DNA of 64,000 bases. Origin: Alphaproteobacteria bacterium. Its GTDB lineage: Bacteria > Pseudomonadota > Alphaproteobacteria > UBA7887. The stretch spans positions 2,144,001 through 2,208,000 of the forward strand of contig CBDCGL010000011.1 in assembly GCA_965216755.1 (NCBI GenBank). Direction: 5' to 3'. Each line of letters begins with the position of its first letter. Positions within the stretch are counted from its first letter, which is position 1. Below the pieces are notes generated by a model that made no database searches, was not told where the DNA came from, and saw nothing but the letters and a program-made list of their open reading frames with translations. Below are positions 45,377 to 53,458 of this stretch, in pieces. The position numbers and the translations under genes are program-made.

Positions 45377-45407
45377 GTGAATAATCAACAAGATGTTCAG
45401 TATTCAC
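45377..45407. promoter_or_regulatory. Candidate TetR operator
   Basis: GTGAATA-atc-AACA-aga-TGTT-cag-TATTCAC imperfect palindrome immediately upstream of tetR. Confidence 0.5.
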
Positions 45408-45537
45408 TGATCAACTGGGCAAAGCAACCGTAACAGGCGCAATGGTGGAAATTGGCGGCACACACCTACAGCTATAAGAAGAAGGGTGGTCTGTGTTGGT
45501 GACTGTGACGGGCCGCGTTCCAACTGTATGATGGGCC

Positions 45538-46842
45538 ATGACCAAATCATCGACGCAACCTCGGCCAGCAATGGATTCGGATAAGGACGTCGGCGGCTAT
45601 CTTGAGCTGCTGGCGGTGATTGGTCAGGATTTCGCCACATCTCTGGACGTCGACCGCACCCTCAAGCGGGCGCTCAATCACATCATGACGTACCTCGATG
45701 CCGAGGCCGCGTCGGTGTTTTTGTTGGAAAACGACGACACAGAACTGGTTTGTCGCGTTTGCGTTGGGCCAGTCGATATAACCGGGATCCGGCTGGACCA
45801 TAACCAGGGCATCGTCGGTCAAAGCATCGCCGACAGCGACGTGATCATGGTTAGGGACGCACGGGCCGACCCGCGCTTCAGCGACAAGGTCGACGCCCAG
45901 ACCGGGTTTACAACCCGCTCGATCCTATCGGCGCCACTGACTGTCAAAGAACGCAAGCTTGGCGCACTGGAGCTGATCAACAAGCGCAGCGGCGACGGCC
46001 TGTTCGATGAAGCCGATCGGCAAGTGCTGCGCGCGTTGGCGGCGTCCGCGGCCATGGCCATCAACAATGCGCGCATGACGCTGGCATTGGTCGACCAGGA
46101 ACGTCTGCGACGGGAACTTGACCTGACCGCCGAACTACAGCGCGCCCTGCTGCCCGAGCGACGCCCGGGATCATTTCCCGTTCACGGTATCAACTTGCCG
46201 GCGCGACAGATCTCCGGCGATTTTTATGATTTCTTCGCGTTGCCGGATGGACGGATCTGCTTCAATTTGGGCGATGTGTCGGGCAAGGGCATTAACGCGT
46301 CGCTGATGATGGCCAAGACGATTAGCCTTTACCGATGTTTGGGGAAATCGATCCATAGCCCCGGCCGCCTGATGGGTGTGATCAATACGGAGATCTCCGA
46401 GACCGCGACCCGCGGCATGTTTGTCACCATGGTCGGCGGCATCTACGATCCGAAGACAGACACGGTCTGCCTGGCCAATGCCGGACACGAGCCCCCTATT
46501 CTGATGCGCGCCGATGGGGCCGTCGACGAATTCCCGGCGGAAGCACCTCCACTGGGGATCTCGGCCGCCATCTTTCCGGACGCACGCTATCCGGAGGTCA
46601 CCATTGGCCTTGACGGCGGCGGTTTGTACATCTTCACCGACGGTGTCACGGAGGGCCGCGTTGACGGCGACAACATGCTGGGTCTCGAGGGATTGACCGC
46701 CCTGCTGCGTGAACACGCCAAGTTGTCACCACCGGACAGGCTTGACCGCATCGTCGGTCCGTTTCGCCATGTCGATCAGCCACTGCATGACGATCTGACG
46801 GTTCTTGTGGTTGAACAATTCAGGGGTGGGCGCAAGGCATGA
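45538..46842 (+). CDS. GAF + PP2C (SpoIIE/RsbU-type) serine phosphatase
   Basis: GAF (VDAQTGFTTRSILSAPL, ELINK), SGDFYD, GDVSGKG, FTDGVTE, HDDLT. Confidence 0.9.
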   Translation: MTKSSTQPRPAMDSDKDVGGYLELLAVIGQDFATSLDVDRTLKRALNHIMTYLDAEAASVFLLENDDTELVCRVCVGPVDITGIRLDHNQGIVGQSIADSDVIMVRDARADPRFSDKVDAQTGFTTRSILSAPLTVKERKLGALELINKRSGDGLFDEADRQVLRALAASAAMAINNARMTLALVDQERLRRELDLTAELQRALLPERRPGSFPVHGINLPARQISGDFYDFFALPDGRICFNLGDVSGKGINASLMMAKTISLYRCLGKSIHSPGRLMGVINTEISETATRGMFVTMVGGIYDPKTDTVCLANAGHEPPILMRADGAVDEFPAEAPPLGISAAIFPDARYPEVTIGLDGGGLYIFTDGVTEGRVDGDNMLGLEGLTALLREHAKLSPPDRLDRIVGPFRHVDQPLHDDLTVLVVEQFRGGRKA

Positions 46843-47294
46843 CCGCACCGACCGTGGCCACACGACCGATGTCTGCACCGACAGGTGAAAACTTGATCGA
46901 AATTCGCTTTCCCGCAAAGCCGGACCGCCTGAAATTGGTGCGCGAAATAATCCGCGGCGCGGCCCAGGTCACCGGTTGCACCCACGACTGTACCGAAGAC
47001 ATTGTTATCGCCATCAACGAAGCCTGCATGAATATCATCCAACACGGCTATCGCGGCGCGCCCGATGGCGCCATAATCCTGGAAGTGTGGCATGATCGGG
47101 ACGAGTTGACGTTCCGGTTGGTCGATTTTGCCGATCCGATCGACCCGGCTTCGGTCAAGGCGAGAAATTTGGAAGACGTGCGACCGGGCGGTTTGGGCTT
47201 GCATTTGATTTCCCAAGTCATGGACGATACGGCCTTCCTGCAACCACCTGACGGCGCGGGCAATGTGCTGCAGATGGTCAAGAGAATTGCTTAA
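46839..47294 (+). CDS. RsbW/SpoIIAB-type serine kinase (anti-sigma-like ATPase)
   Basis: NEACMNIIQHG N-box, GGLGLHLISQVMD; ATGA overlap with the phosphatase. Confidence 0.88.
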   Translation: MTAPTVATRPMSAPTGENLIEIRFPAKPDRLKLVREIIRGAAQVTGCTHDCTEDIVIAINEACMNIIQHGYRGAPDGAIILEVWHDRDELTFRLVDFADPIDPASVKARNLEDVRPGGLGLHLISQVMDDTAFLQPPDGAGNVLQMVKRIA

Positions 47295-47317
47295 ACGATG
47301 TTGGGGAAAGCAAAGGC

Positions 47318-47650
47318 ATGGATTGCGATGTAACCGAACGGGGCGGCTTCGCGATCGTGGCGCTAAGCGGCGATATTGATTTTAACAGCTCGCCGCGGGC
47401 ACGTTCGTCTCTGCTGAACTTGGTCGAGCAGAAACGCGACCTGGTGGTCGACCTTGGTGCGGTCGCCTATATCGACAGTTCAGGGGTCGCAAGTCTGATT
47501 GAAGCCTACCAACAAGCCAAGATGTCTGGCACCCGGTTCTCATTGGCCAATGTCGGTGGCTCGCCAATGCGAGTTTTGCAGTTGGCACGATTGGACAAGG
47601 TTTTTCAGATTTACGACTCCGTGGATGCCGCGGTGTCTGGTGCAGGCTAG
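47318..47650 (+). CDS. STAS protein (RsbV/SpoIIAA-type; possible MlaB equivalent)
   Basis: LSGDID, VVDLGAVAYIDSSG phospho-acceptor motif. Confidence 0.9.
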   Translation: MDCDVTERGGFAIVALSGDIDFNSSPRARSSLLNLVEQKRDLVVDLGAVAYIDSSGVASLIEAYQQAKMSGTRFSLANVGGSPMRVLQLARLDKVFQIYDSVDAAVSGAG

Positions 47651-47717
47651 CAACGAAGCCGGCGTGGGCGAGACGCGGCGGGGCGTCGAGGCACACAGAT
47701 AAGCAAGACATGACACG

Positions 47718-48563
47718 ATGGCGGACGACGTTGCCCGCGGGGGCTTAGGCGATCTCACTGAGGCCGTCGGTCGTAGGACCATTGGGCTCGGTGCGCGGTT
47801 GCGCCAGGGCATTGAAGAAATCGGCTACGGCGCCGTATTGCTGGCCGAATGCCTTATGTTGTTGGTGGCGGGACGGCCGCTCAATCAGCCGGTTCGCCTG
47901 TACGCCATTGTTGCTGAAATGATGGATATCGGCATCCGCGCGATACCCATCGGCACCCTTCTGTCCTTGGTCATCGGCATTACGCTGGCAATGCAGGGGA
48001 TCGACCTGTTGCGCCGTTTCGGGGCCGAATCCCAAGTGGTGATGGCCGTTGCCCTGGCCGTTGTGCGCGAGTTCTCGCCCCTGATTATTGGGATTTTGGT
48101 CGCCGGTCGTTCTGGATCGGCCCTGACCGCGCGGCTGGGAACGATGAAGATTAGTCAAGAGATCGATGCGCTGCAGGTCATGGGCATCAGTCCGGTTCGG
48201 TTCTTGGTGGTGCCGCCGCTGGTCGCCATGGTGATCATGCTCCCGCTTCTGACATTTTGGTCCGATGTCACGGCAATTTTCGGCGCCGCGGTCTATACAT
48301 GGTTTGATCTCGGCATGTCGCTACAGGCGTTCATAGACACCACCATGGACATCTTGAACGTCAATCACGTCATGCATGGCATTGGCAAGAGCGTCATTTT
48401 TGCCGTCTTGATCACGATCATCGGCGTAACGAACGGCCTGGCGGTGCATGGTGGCGCCGAAGGCGTCGGCCGCGCCACCACCAGGTCGGTGGTAATCGGC
48501 ATTGCCGGCATCATTGTCACCGACATGCTGTTCATTTTGGTGCTGACACGCACTGGTTTTTGA
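47718..48563 (+). CDS. MlaE-family ABC permease
   Basis: REFSPLIIGILVAGRSGS..ARLGTMKISQEIDAL, GAEGVGRATTRSVV. Confidence 0.9.
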   Translation: MADDVARGGLGDLTEAVGRRTIGLGARLRQGIEEIGYGAVLLAECLMLLVAGRPLNQPVRLYAIVAEMMDIGIRAIPIGTLLSLVIGITLAMQGIDLLRRFGAESQVVMAVALAVVREFSPLIIGILVAGRSGSALTARLGTMKISQEIDALQVMGISPVRFLVVPPLVAMVIMLPLLTFWSDVTAIFGAAVYTWFDLGMSLQAFIDTTMDILNVNHVMHGIGKSVIFAVLITIIGVTNGLAVHGGAEGVGRATTRSVVIGIAGIIVTDMLFILVLTRTGF

Positions 48564-48564
48564 C

Positions 48565-49365
48565 ATGCCGACGAACGCGGACAAGGGTGGCACGCCACGC
48601 TCGATCATCGAAGTGGAGGGTTTGGTTGCGCAATATCCGGGCAATCCGGAACCGACCCTGCATGGCATTAGCATGCGCGTTCGCGCCGGGGAGATCATGG
48701 TGATCATGGGTGGCAGCGGCTCGGGCAAAAGCACCCTGTTGCGCCACTTGCTGGGCTTGGAAAAGCCTGTTTCAGGCGCGATTCGCGTTCTTGATCAGGA
48801 CCTTGCAAGCCTGGCCACAGGGGAGTTGGCAACCCTGCGCCGGCGTTTTGGAGTGGCGTTTCAGGGCGGTGCGCTGTTCAATTCGATGAACGTTGGCGAC
48901 AACCTTAAATTGCCGCTGCGTGAACTGGCCGACCTCGCGCCCGAACAGATGGACATTATGGTGCGCATGAAGCTCGCCTTTGTCAGCTTGGAACCCCATG
49001 TTGCCAATATGATGCCCGCGGAATTATCGGGTGGCATGTTGAAAAGGGTGGCGTTCGCGCGGGCGATCATGATGGACCCGACCTTGTTGTTTTGTGACGA
49101 GCCATCGGCCGGCTTGGACCCAGCGGTATCGGCTTCGATCGACGATCTGATCTTGCGTTTGCGTGACGCGCTCAACATGACCATCGTGGTGGTGACCCAT
49201 GAGCGGGCCAGTGCGTTCAAGATCGCCGATCGCATCACCATGCTGGACAAGGGTCACATTTTGCAGGTCGGCACCTTGGACGAGCTGCGCGCCAGCGACA
49301 ATCAGCGCATCCACGATTTGCTGGACGGCATCGCCGAGGAAACCGAGGTTGGCGCGTGGATCTGA
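48565..49365 (+). CDS. MlaF-family ABC ATPase
   Basis: GGSGSGKS, FQGGALF, ELSGGM, CDEPSAGLDP, VTH. Confidence 0.9.
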   Translation: MPTNADKGGTPRSIIEVEGLVAQYPGNPEPTLHGISMRVRAGEIMVIMGGSGSGKSTLLRHLLGLEKPVSGAIRVLDQDLASLATGELATLRRRFGVAFQGGALFNSMNVGDNLKLPLRELADLAPEQMDIMVRMKLAFVSLEPHVANMMPAELSGGMLKRVAFARAIMMDPTLLFCDEPSAGLDPAVSASIDDLILRLRDALNMTIVVVTHERASAFKIADRITMLDKGHILQVGTLDELRASDNQRIHDLLDGIAEETEVGAWI

Positions 49366-49369
49366 TGTT

Positions 49370-50371
49370 ATGAGCCAGCCGCGAGCCAACTATCTGATCG
49401 TCGGCGGATTTGTTTTCGCCTCCCTGGCCGGATTGGTGATCGGCCTGATTTTGTTGGCGGGCCGGTCGGGCGCCACGGACACCTACTACACGCAATATGA
49501 GAATGTCGCCGGACTGAAATTCGGCACGCCGGTGTTTTTTGAAGGCTATCTGGCCGGTCAAGTCATCGCCATAGAGCCGGATACCAACGGCGGTCAGACA
49601 TACTTTCGCGTTGCCTTGGATGTGTCGCGGGAGCTGCGCATTCCCGACGACAGCGTGGCGTTGATCGTGCAACCCAATTTGTTGTCGGGGCGCGCAGTTA
49701 GCATCGCCGCCGGCCGCGCCGAGACCATGGTCGAGCCCGAAGGGACCATCAAGGGTGGCAGCACAACCGGTCTGGCCGCACTGCCAGATCTCGTGGGCAG
49801 CGGTCGCGAGCTCATTGACGAGGGCCGCGCGCTGATGAAGGAATCCGCCGCCGCGATGGCTAAAATCAACAATTGGCTGGACAATGACGCCGCATATATG
49901 GCCGAGCAATATCGCGATTTACCGGCGAGCCTGCGCACGGAAATTGGTTTGGTGGGCGACACGGTTCGGACCCTCATTGGCGACGCGCGTGCCGTGATGG
50001 CACGCGCCAGTTTGTTGCTGAGCGACGACAATATCAACAGTGTCTCGCGCAGCATTCGCAATGTTGAGGCCAGCACTACAGAGATCGCCGAAATCAGTAC
50101 CAAACTGACAAAAATGAGCGACAACGTGCAGGCTATCACGGTTCAATTGCGGGACTTTGTCACCGACAACAAGCCGGATTTGGAGCAAACGATCCTTGAC
50201 CTTCAATTCTCGCTCGCGGTGGTCGCCGAACGGATCGATGCCATCACGCTAAACCTGGAAGGCACAAGTCAGGACATGCGCGAATTTAGTCGACAATTGC
50301 GCATGAATCCGGGCCTGCTATTGGGTGGACGGCCGCCGACCGACGAAGCCGCCCTGACAGACCCGAGATGA
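49370..50371 (+). CDS. MCE/MlaD-family protein with long helical extension
   Basis: NYLIVGGFV TM, VAGLKFGTPVFFEG MCE motif, NPGLLLGG tail; probable start MSQPRANY. Confidence 0.88.
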   Translation: MSQPRANYLIVGGFVFASLAGLVIGLILLAGRSGATDTYYTQYENVAGLKFGTPVFFEGYLAGQVIAIEPDTNGGQTYFRVALDVSRELRIPDDSVALIVQPNLLSGRAVSIAAGRAETMVEPEGTIKGGSTTGLAALPDLVGSGRELIDEGRALMKESAAAMAKINNWLDNDAAYMAEQYRDLPASLRTEIGLVGDTVRTLIGDARAVMARASLLLSDDNINSVSRSIRNVEASTTEIAEISTKLTKMSDNVQAITVQLRDFVTDNKPDLEQTILDLQFSLAVVAERIDAITLNLEGTSQDMREFSRQLRMNPGLLLGGRPPTDEAALTDPR

Positions 50372-51051
50372 CCCAGCGTAAGCACAAGGTTGGCATAGCA
50401 CTTTTCATCGTCGCGATGATGTCGCTGGCGGGCTGCGTTCAACCGCCGGTCCCGGTCGACCGATTTTATCGGCTGGCGATCGACGCGGCGGCACCACGAT
50501 TGGACACACCGGCCCTGTCGGGCACGGTCATCGTCGATCGATTCGACTCAGATTCATTAGTGCGGCAGCGTTCTGTGGTGTTCTCGCAATCGACAAATCC
50601 GCTTGAGCTCCGACAGTACACGTATCACTATTGGGCGCAATCTCCGCCCGTCATGATCCAGGATCGCTTGATCAGCTACCTACGCGCCGCAAACGCCGCG
50701 ACCACTGTTGACGCGCGCGAGGCCCGCCAGGACGCCGGCTGCCGTATCACCGGCGTCATTCGACGATTTGAGCGCGTGCTTGGCGACGACTCAACGGGGG
50801 CCGCCGTGGAAATCGACATGCGCGTGACGCGCGTCAACGATCTCGCCACCCTTTGGCGCCACGACTATGTCGCCGCGGTAGCCGCGCAAAGTGGCGCCAT
50901 GGCAGATACTGTCGCCGCGTTCGATACAGCGATCGCCGTGATATTCGGCGCCTTTGTCGGCCATTTGGCCCAGCAACCGGCGACCTGCCCCACCACGCTC
51001 GGCGCCTCGCCACGCGGGCGCGGCCAACGCCCCGCCCCGACACAGTCCTAA
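50368..51051 (+). CDS. PqiC-like ABC transport auxiliary lipoprotein
   Basis: Lipobox LAGC, FYRL, YHYWAQSP, I.RFE. Confidence 0.8.
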   Translation: MTQRKHKVGIALFIVAMMSLAGCVQPPVPVDRFYRLAIDAAAPRLDTPALSGTVIVDRFDSDSLVRQRSVVFSQSTNPLELRQYTYHYWAQSPPVMIQDRLISYLRAANAATTVDAREARQDAGCRITGVIRRFERVLGDDSTGAAVEIDMRVTRVNDLATLWRHDYVAAVAAQSGAMADTVAAFDTAIAVIFGAFVGHLAQQPATCPTTLGASPRGRGQRPAPTQS

Positions 51052-51068
51052 CCGATGCATTGCCGATT

Positions 51069-51341
51069 TAGAGCAGTGTCCGACCATATTGAACCATTCT
51101 GCCGGAGCGATTTCGTGACAAAATCAAGTCGACGCCCGCAGGCCGCATCGGGCATACGGCTAAGGACATCGCCGTCGAGATTGTCACAAAAACACCCGGC
51201 CCCGCGGGTTTGCGACCGGCGGGCGTCCACTATGTCGGGCGGCTTGCCCGATGCGCCAGCATCGCGCTGCGCCGACCTTCGCGTGAACCGCCACGCCGGA
51301 CCGCGAACAGAATTGATTCAATATTGTCGGACACTGCTCTA
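51069..51341. mobile_element. 273-bp MITE-like element with TAGAGC...GCTCTA ends
   Basis: Left TAGAGCAGTGTCCGACCATATTGAACCATTCTG versus right CAGAATTGATTCAATATTGTCGGACACTGCTCTA: ~33-bp imperfect terminal inverted repeats, outer 16 bp perfect; no transposase. Confidence 0.75.
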
Positions 51342-51417
51342 GCATCGGATTGACTTGCTATTTCGCTCAGCGACCTTGCGGCGCGTGCTCCGGACGGTTC
51401 AAAACAAACTCCTCGGG

Positions 51418-52005
51418 CTAACGTGCGTCTGCACTACGCGGACCACGCGCCTCTTCAATCAGCTTTGCCGCGACCGCCTTCGCCTTGCGTGCCACATCCG
51501 GATCGGCGGTGATCTGCGCAACCGCCGTCGCGCCCTCGTGCAGCAAATTGACGGCCTCGGCCACGCGCTTCGGATCATCGACTTCGGCAAGCCGCGCAAG
51601 GTCCTCGAAATACGCAAGCATCAAGCGCTTGTGAATGACCGCCTGTTGAAAAACGGGATTGGACGGATCGGCATACTCGCCAGCCGCACTGATAAATGGG
51701 CAGCCGTAAAACGACTTCTCCCGAAACCAACTATCTAGGCAATCGAATGTGGCGAGCAGCTTTTGCCGCGGATCGCTCGCGACGCGATCGACGGTCTCGC
51801 GCATATCGTCACGAAACTGATCATCAATGCGTTTAAGCACGGCGACGATCAAATCGTCTTTAGATTTGAAATGCCGGTAAAGGGTTGTCTTGGCAATGCC
51901 GGCCTCGGCGATGACTTGATCGACACCAACGGCGTGAAAGCCGATGCGATTAAAGAGCGCCCCGGCGACCCCGATCAAATGTGCACGCTTCTCGGCTCGC
52001 TTCAT
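51418..52005 (-). CDS. TetR family regulator (NemR/ComR-like, GCPF motif)
   Basis: GFHAVGVDQVIAEAGIAKTTLYRHFKSK, FYGCPFI; probable start MKRAEK. Confidence 0.88.
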   Translation of the reverse strand: MKRAEKRAHLIGVAGALFNRIGFHAVGVDQVIAEAGIAKTTLYRHFKSKDDLIVAVLKRIDDQFRDDMRETVDRVASDPRQKLLATFDCLDSWFREKSFYGCPFISAAGEYADPSNPVFQQAVIHKRLMLAYFEDLARLAEVDDPKRVAEAVNLLHEGATAVAQITADPDVARKAKAVAAKLIEEARGPRSADAR

Positions 52006-52074
52006 TTTTGACCTTCTAATAGAAACAGACCTGTACTCTCTAATTTTAGGGTCACGTGCGGTAGTATTGGTATG

Positions 52075-52202
52075 ATACCGAGCGGTATTGAGACATTTTT
52101 CACCAACTTTTGAAGCATACCGATCCACCAGGCCCGCGATACCAGTTGACAAGCGGCACGGGTCTGTCTTCTTATGAAACGATACTGATTTGTATCGTTT
52201 CA
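52075..52202. promoter_or_regulatory. Palindromic operators between tetR and cytochrome P460 gene
   Basis: ATACCG-ag-CGGTAT (52075-52088); TGAAACGATAC-tgattt-GTATCGTTTCA (52175-52202); TTGACA at 52146. Confidence 0.65.
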
Positions 52203-52270
52203 GTACAGTTCAGACGGCACGATACAGATCCCTCACCACTCCTTCGCACTCGATCAGAAAGTGAGGCGAT

Positions 52271-52891
52271 ATGATCACCAATCGGACTTCTTTGCTACGC
52301 TTTGTTATGGCGGCTTTGATCGTACTGGCCAGCGCCGCCGCGTTGCACGCCTTGGTCAACCGTGCGCCATTGGCTTCGTCGGTTGCCAATGAAACCCAAG
52401 GTGCCGTCATCACCGCAAGCAATGAAACATCTATCCCTGACGGCTTTCGCGAGTGGGTCTTCATCGGCGCGCCGTTGACGCCAAATGGCCTGAACGGCGG
52501 CGCTGCTGGTTTCCCGGAGTTCCACCACGTTTATATCGAACCCGGTGCCTTTGCCGCGTACAAGCAAAACGGTGAATTCCCGGAAGGGACAACCATTGTC
52601 AAGGAATTGGTCTTGCTGAAGGACGGCCACTACGAAGACGGGTCACGCGACGAAGCGTCGGGTCGGGGTTTCTTCGCCGACCAATTTGCCGGCATCGACA
52701 TGATGGTCAAGGACACGGCGCGCTTTGCCGACACAGACGGCTGGGGCTTCTTCAACTTCGGCCACCACGCGCCACCCTACGCCGAAATCGCCGCCGCCGC
52801 GCCCAATGAAAGCTGCGCGTTTTGCCACACGGCGAATGCCACGCACGACATGGTCTTCACCACCTTTTACCCGATCCTCGACCGCCGATAG
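52271..52891 (+). CDS. Cytochrome P460 family protein
   Basis: Signal/anchor, FREWVFIG..TPNGLNGG, VYIEP, FPEGTTIVKEL, MVKD..RF...GWGFF, CAFCH, DMVFTTFYPIL. Confidence 0.88.
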   Translation: MITNRTSLLRFVMAALIVLASAAALHALVNRAPLASSVANETQGAVITASNETSIPDGFREWVFIGAPLTPNGLNGGAAGFPEFHHVYIEPGAFAAYKQNGEFPEGTTIVKELVLLKDGHYEDGSRDEASGRGFFADQFAGIDMMVKDTARFADTDGWGFFNFGHHAPPYAEIAAAAPNESCAFCHTANATHDMVFTTFYPILDRR

Positions 52892-52903
52892 ACCTGGTTG
52901 CGT

Positions 52904-52929
52904 GGGCGGTGTCCGCGAGGACACCGCCC
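52904..52929. terminator. GNRA-capped hairpin after P460 gene
   Basis: GGGCGGTGTCC-GCGA-GGACACCGCCC perfect 11-bp stem. Confidence 0.65.
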
Positions 52930-53000
52930 CCCCACAGTGTCTGGCCCCTATGGCACCAATAGGTAGGCCACTAGCTGAGACTTCGGGGATTCACTCGCTG

Positions 53001-53308
53001 TTAGTCGCCGGCCGTGTAGCATTTCGCGCTCAAGCCCACTTCGGATCGGCTTGGTGCACGGTATCAACTTGGGTCTTGAGCTCTTCGGCCGTTGCCGCCT
53101 TGGCACATTACTGCGGGCTGGTGCCCATTTGCGGATCGGATTGTGGTTCGATCAACGGTTTCAGATCAGCTACGGAAACGCCCATCTCACAGCATTTGAA
53201 GTAGTGTGAACAGACCACTTCCTCCTTACTAGCGGCGCTCGCGTCGGAGATCGCAACACCCAACAGGCCAATTGCGGCGATCGCGAGGTTGATTGTTGTT
53301 AAGCCCAT
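53001..53308 (-). pseudogene. Probable disrupted small secreted Cys-containing protein
   Basis: Signal peptide MGLTTINLAIAAIGLLGVAISDASA; TAA at 53108-53110 followed in frame by coding-like CAKAATAEELKTQVDTVHQADP; frameshifted tail VGLSAKCYTAGD*. Confidence 0.4.
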
Positions 53309-53458
53309 GACGCGCTCCGATTTGTAATCTTTTGATGATCGTTGATCATCGTCAATCATCAATAGACTTGCGGTTGCGATATGAGCTTGGTGCAAGTTAG
53401 ATAGAATAATGGTTGTCTCGCCTGGCGCGCCACCACGGACCGTGAACCGGGCGCCGCT

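Noticed and set aside
51048-51342. Short ORFs (60 and 95 aa) between the lipoprotein gene and tetR
   Set aside because: They lie within the inverted-repeat element and show no transposase or other motif
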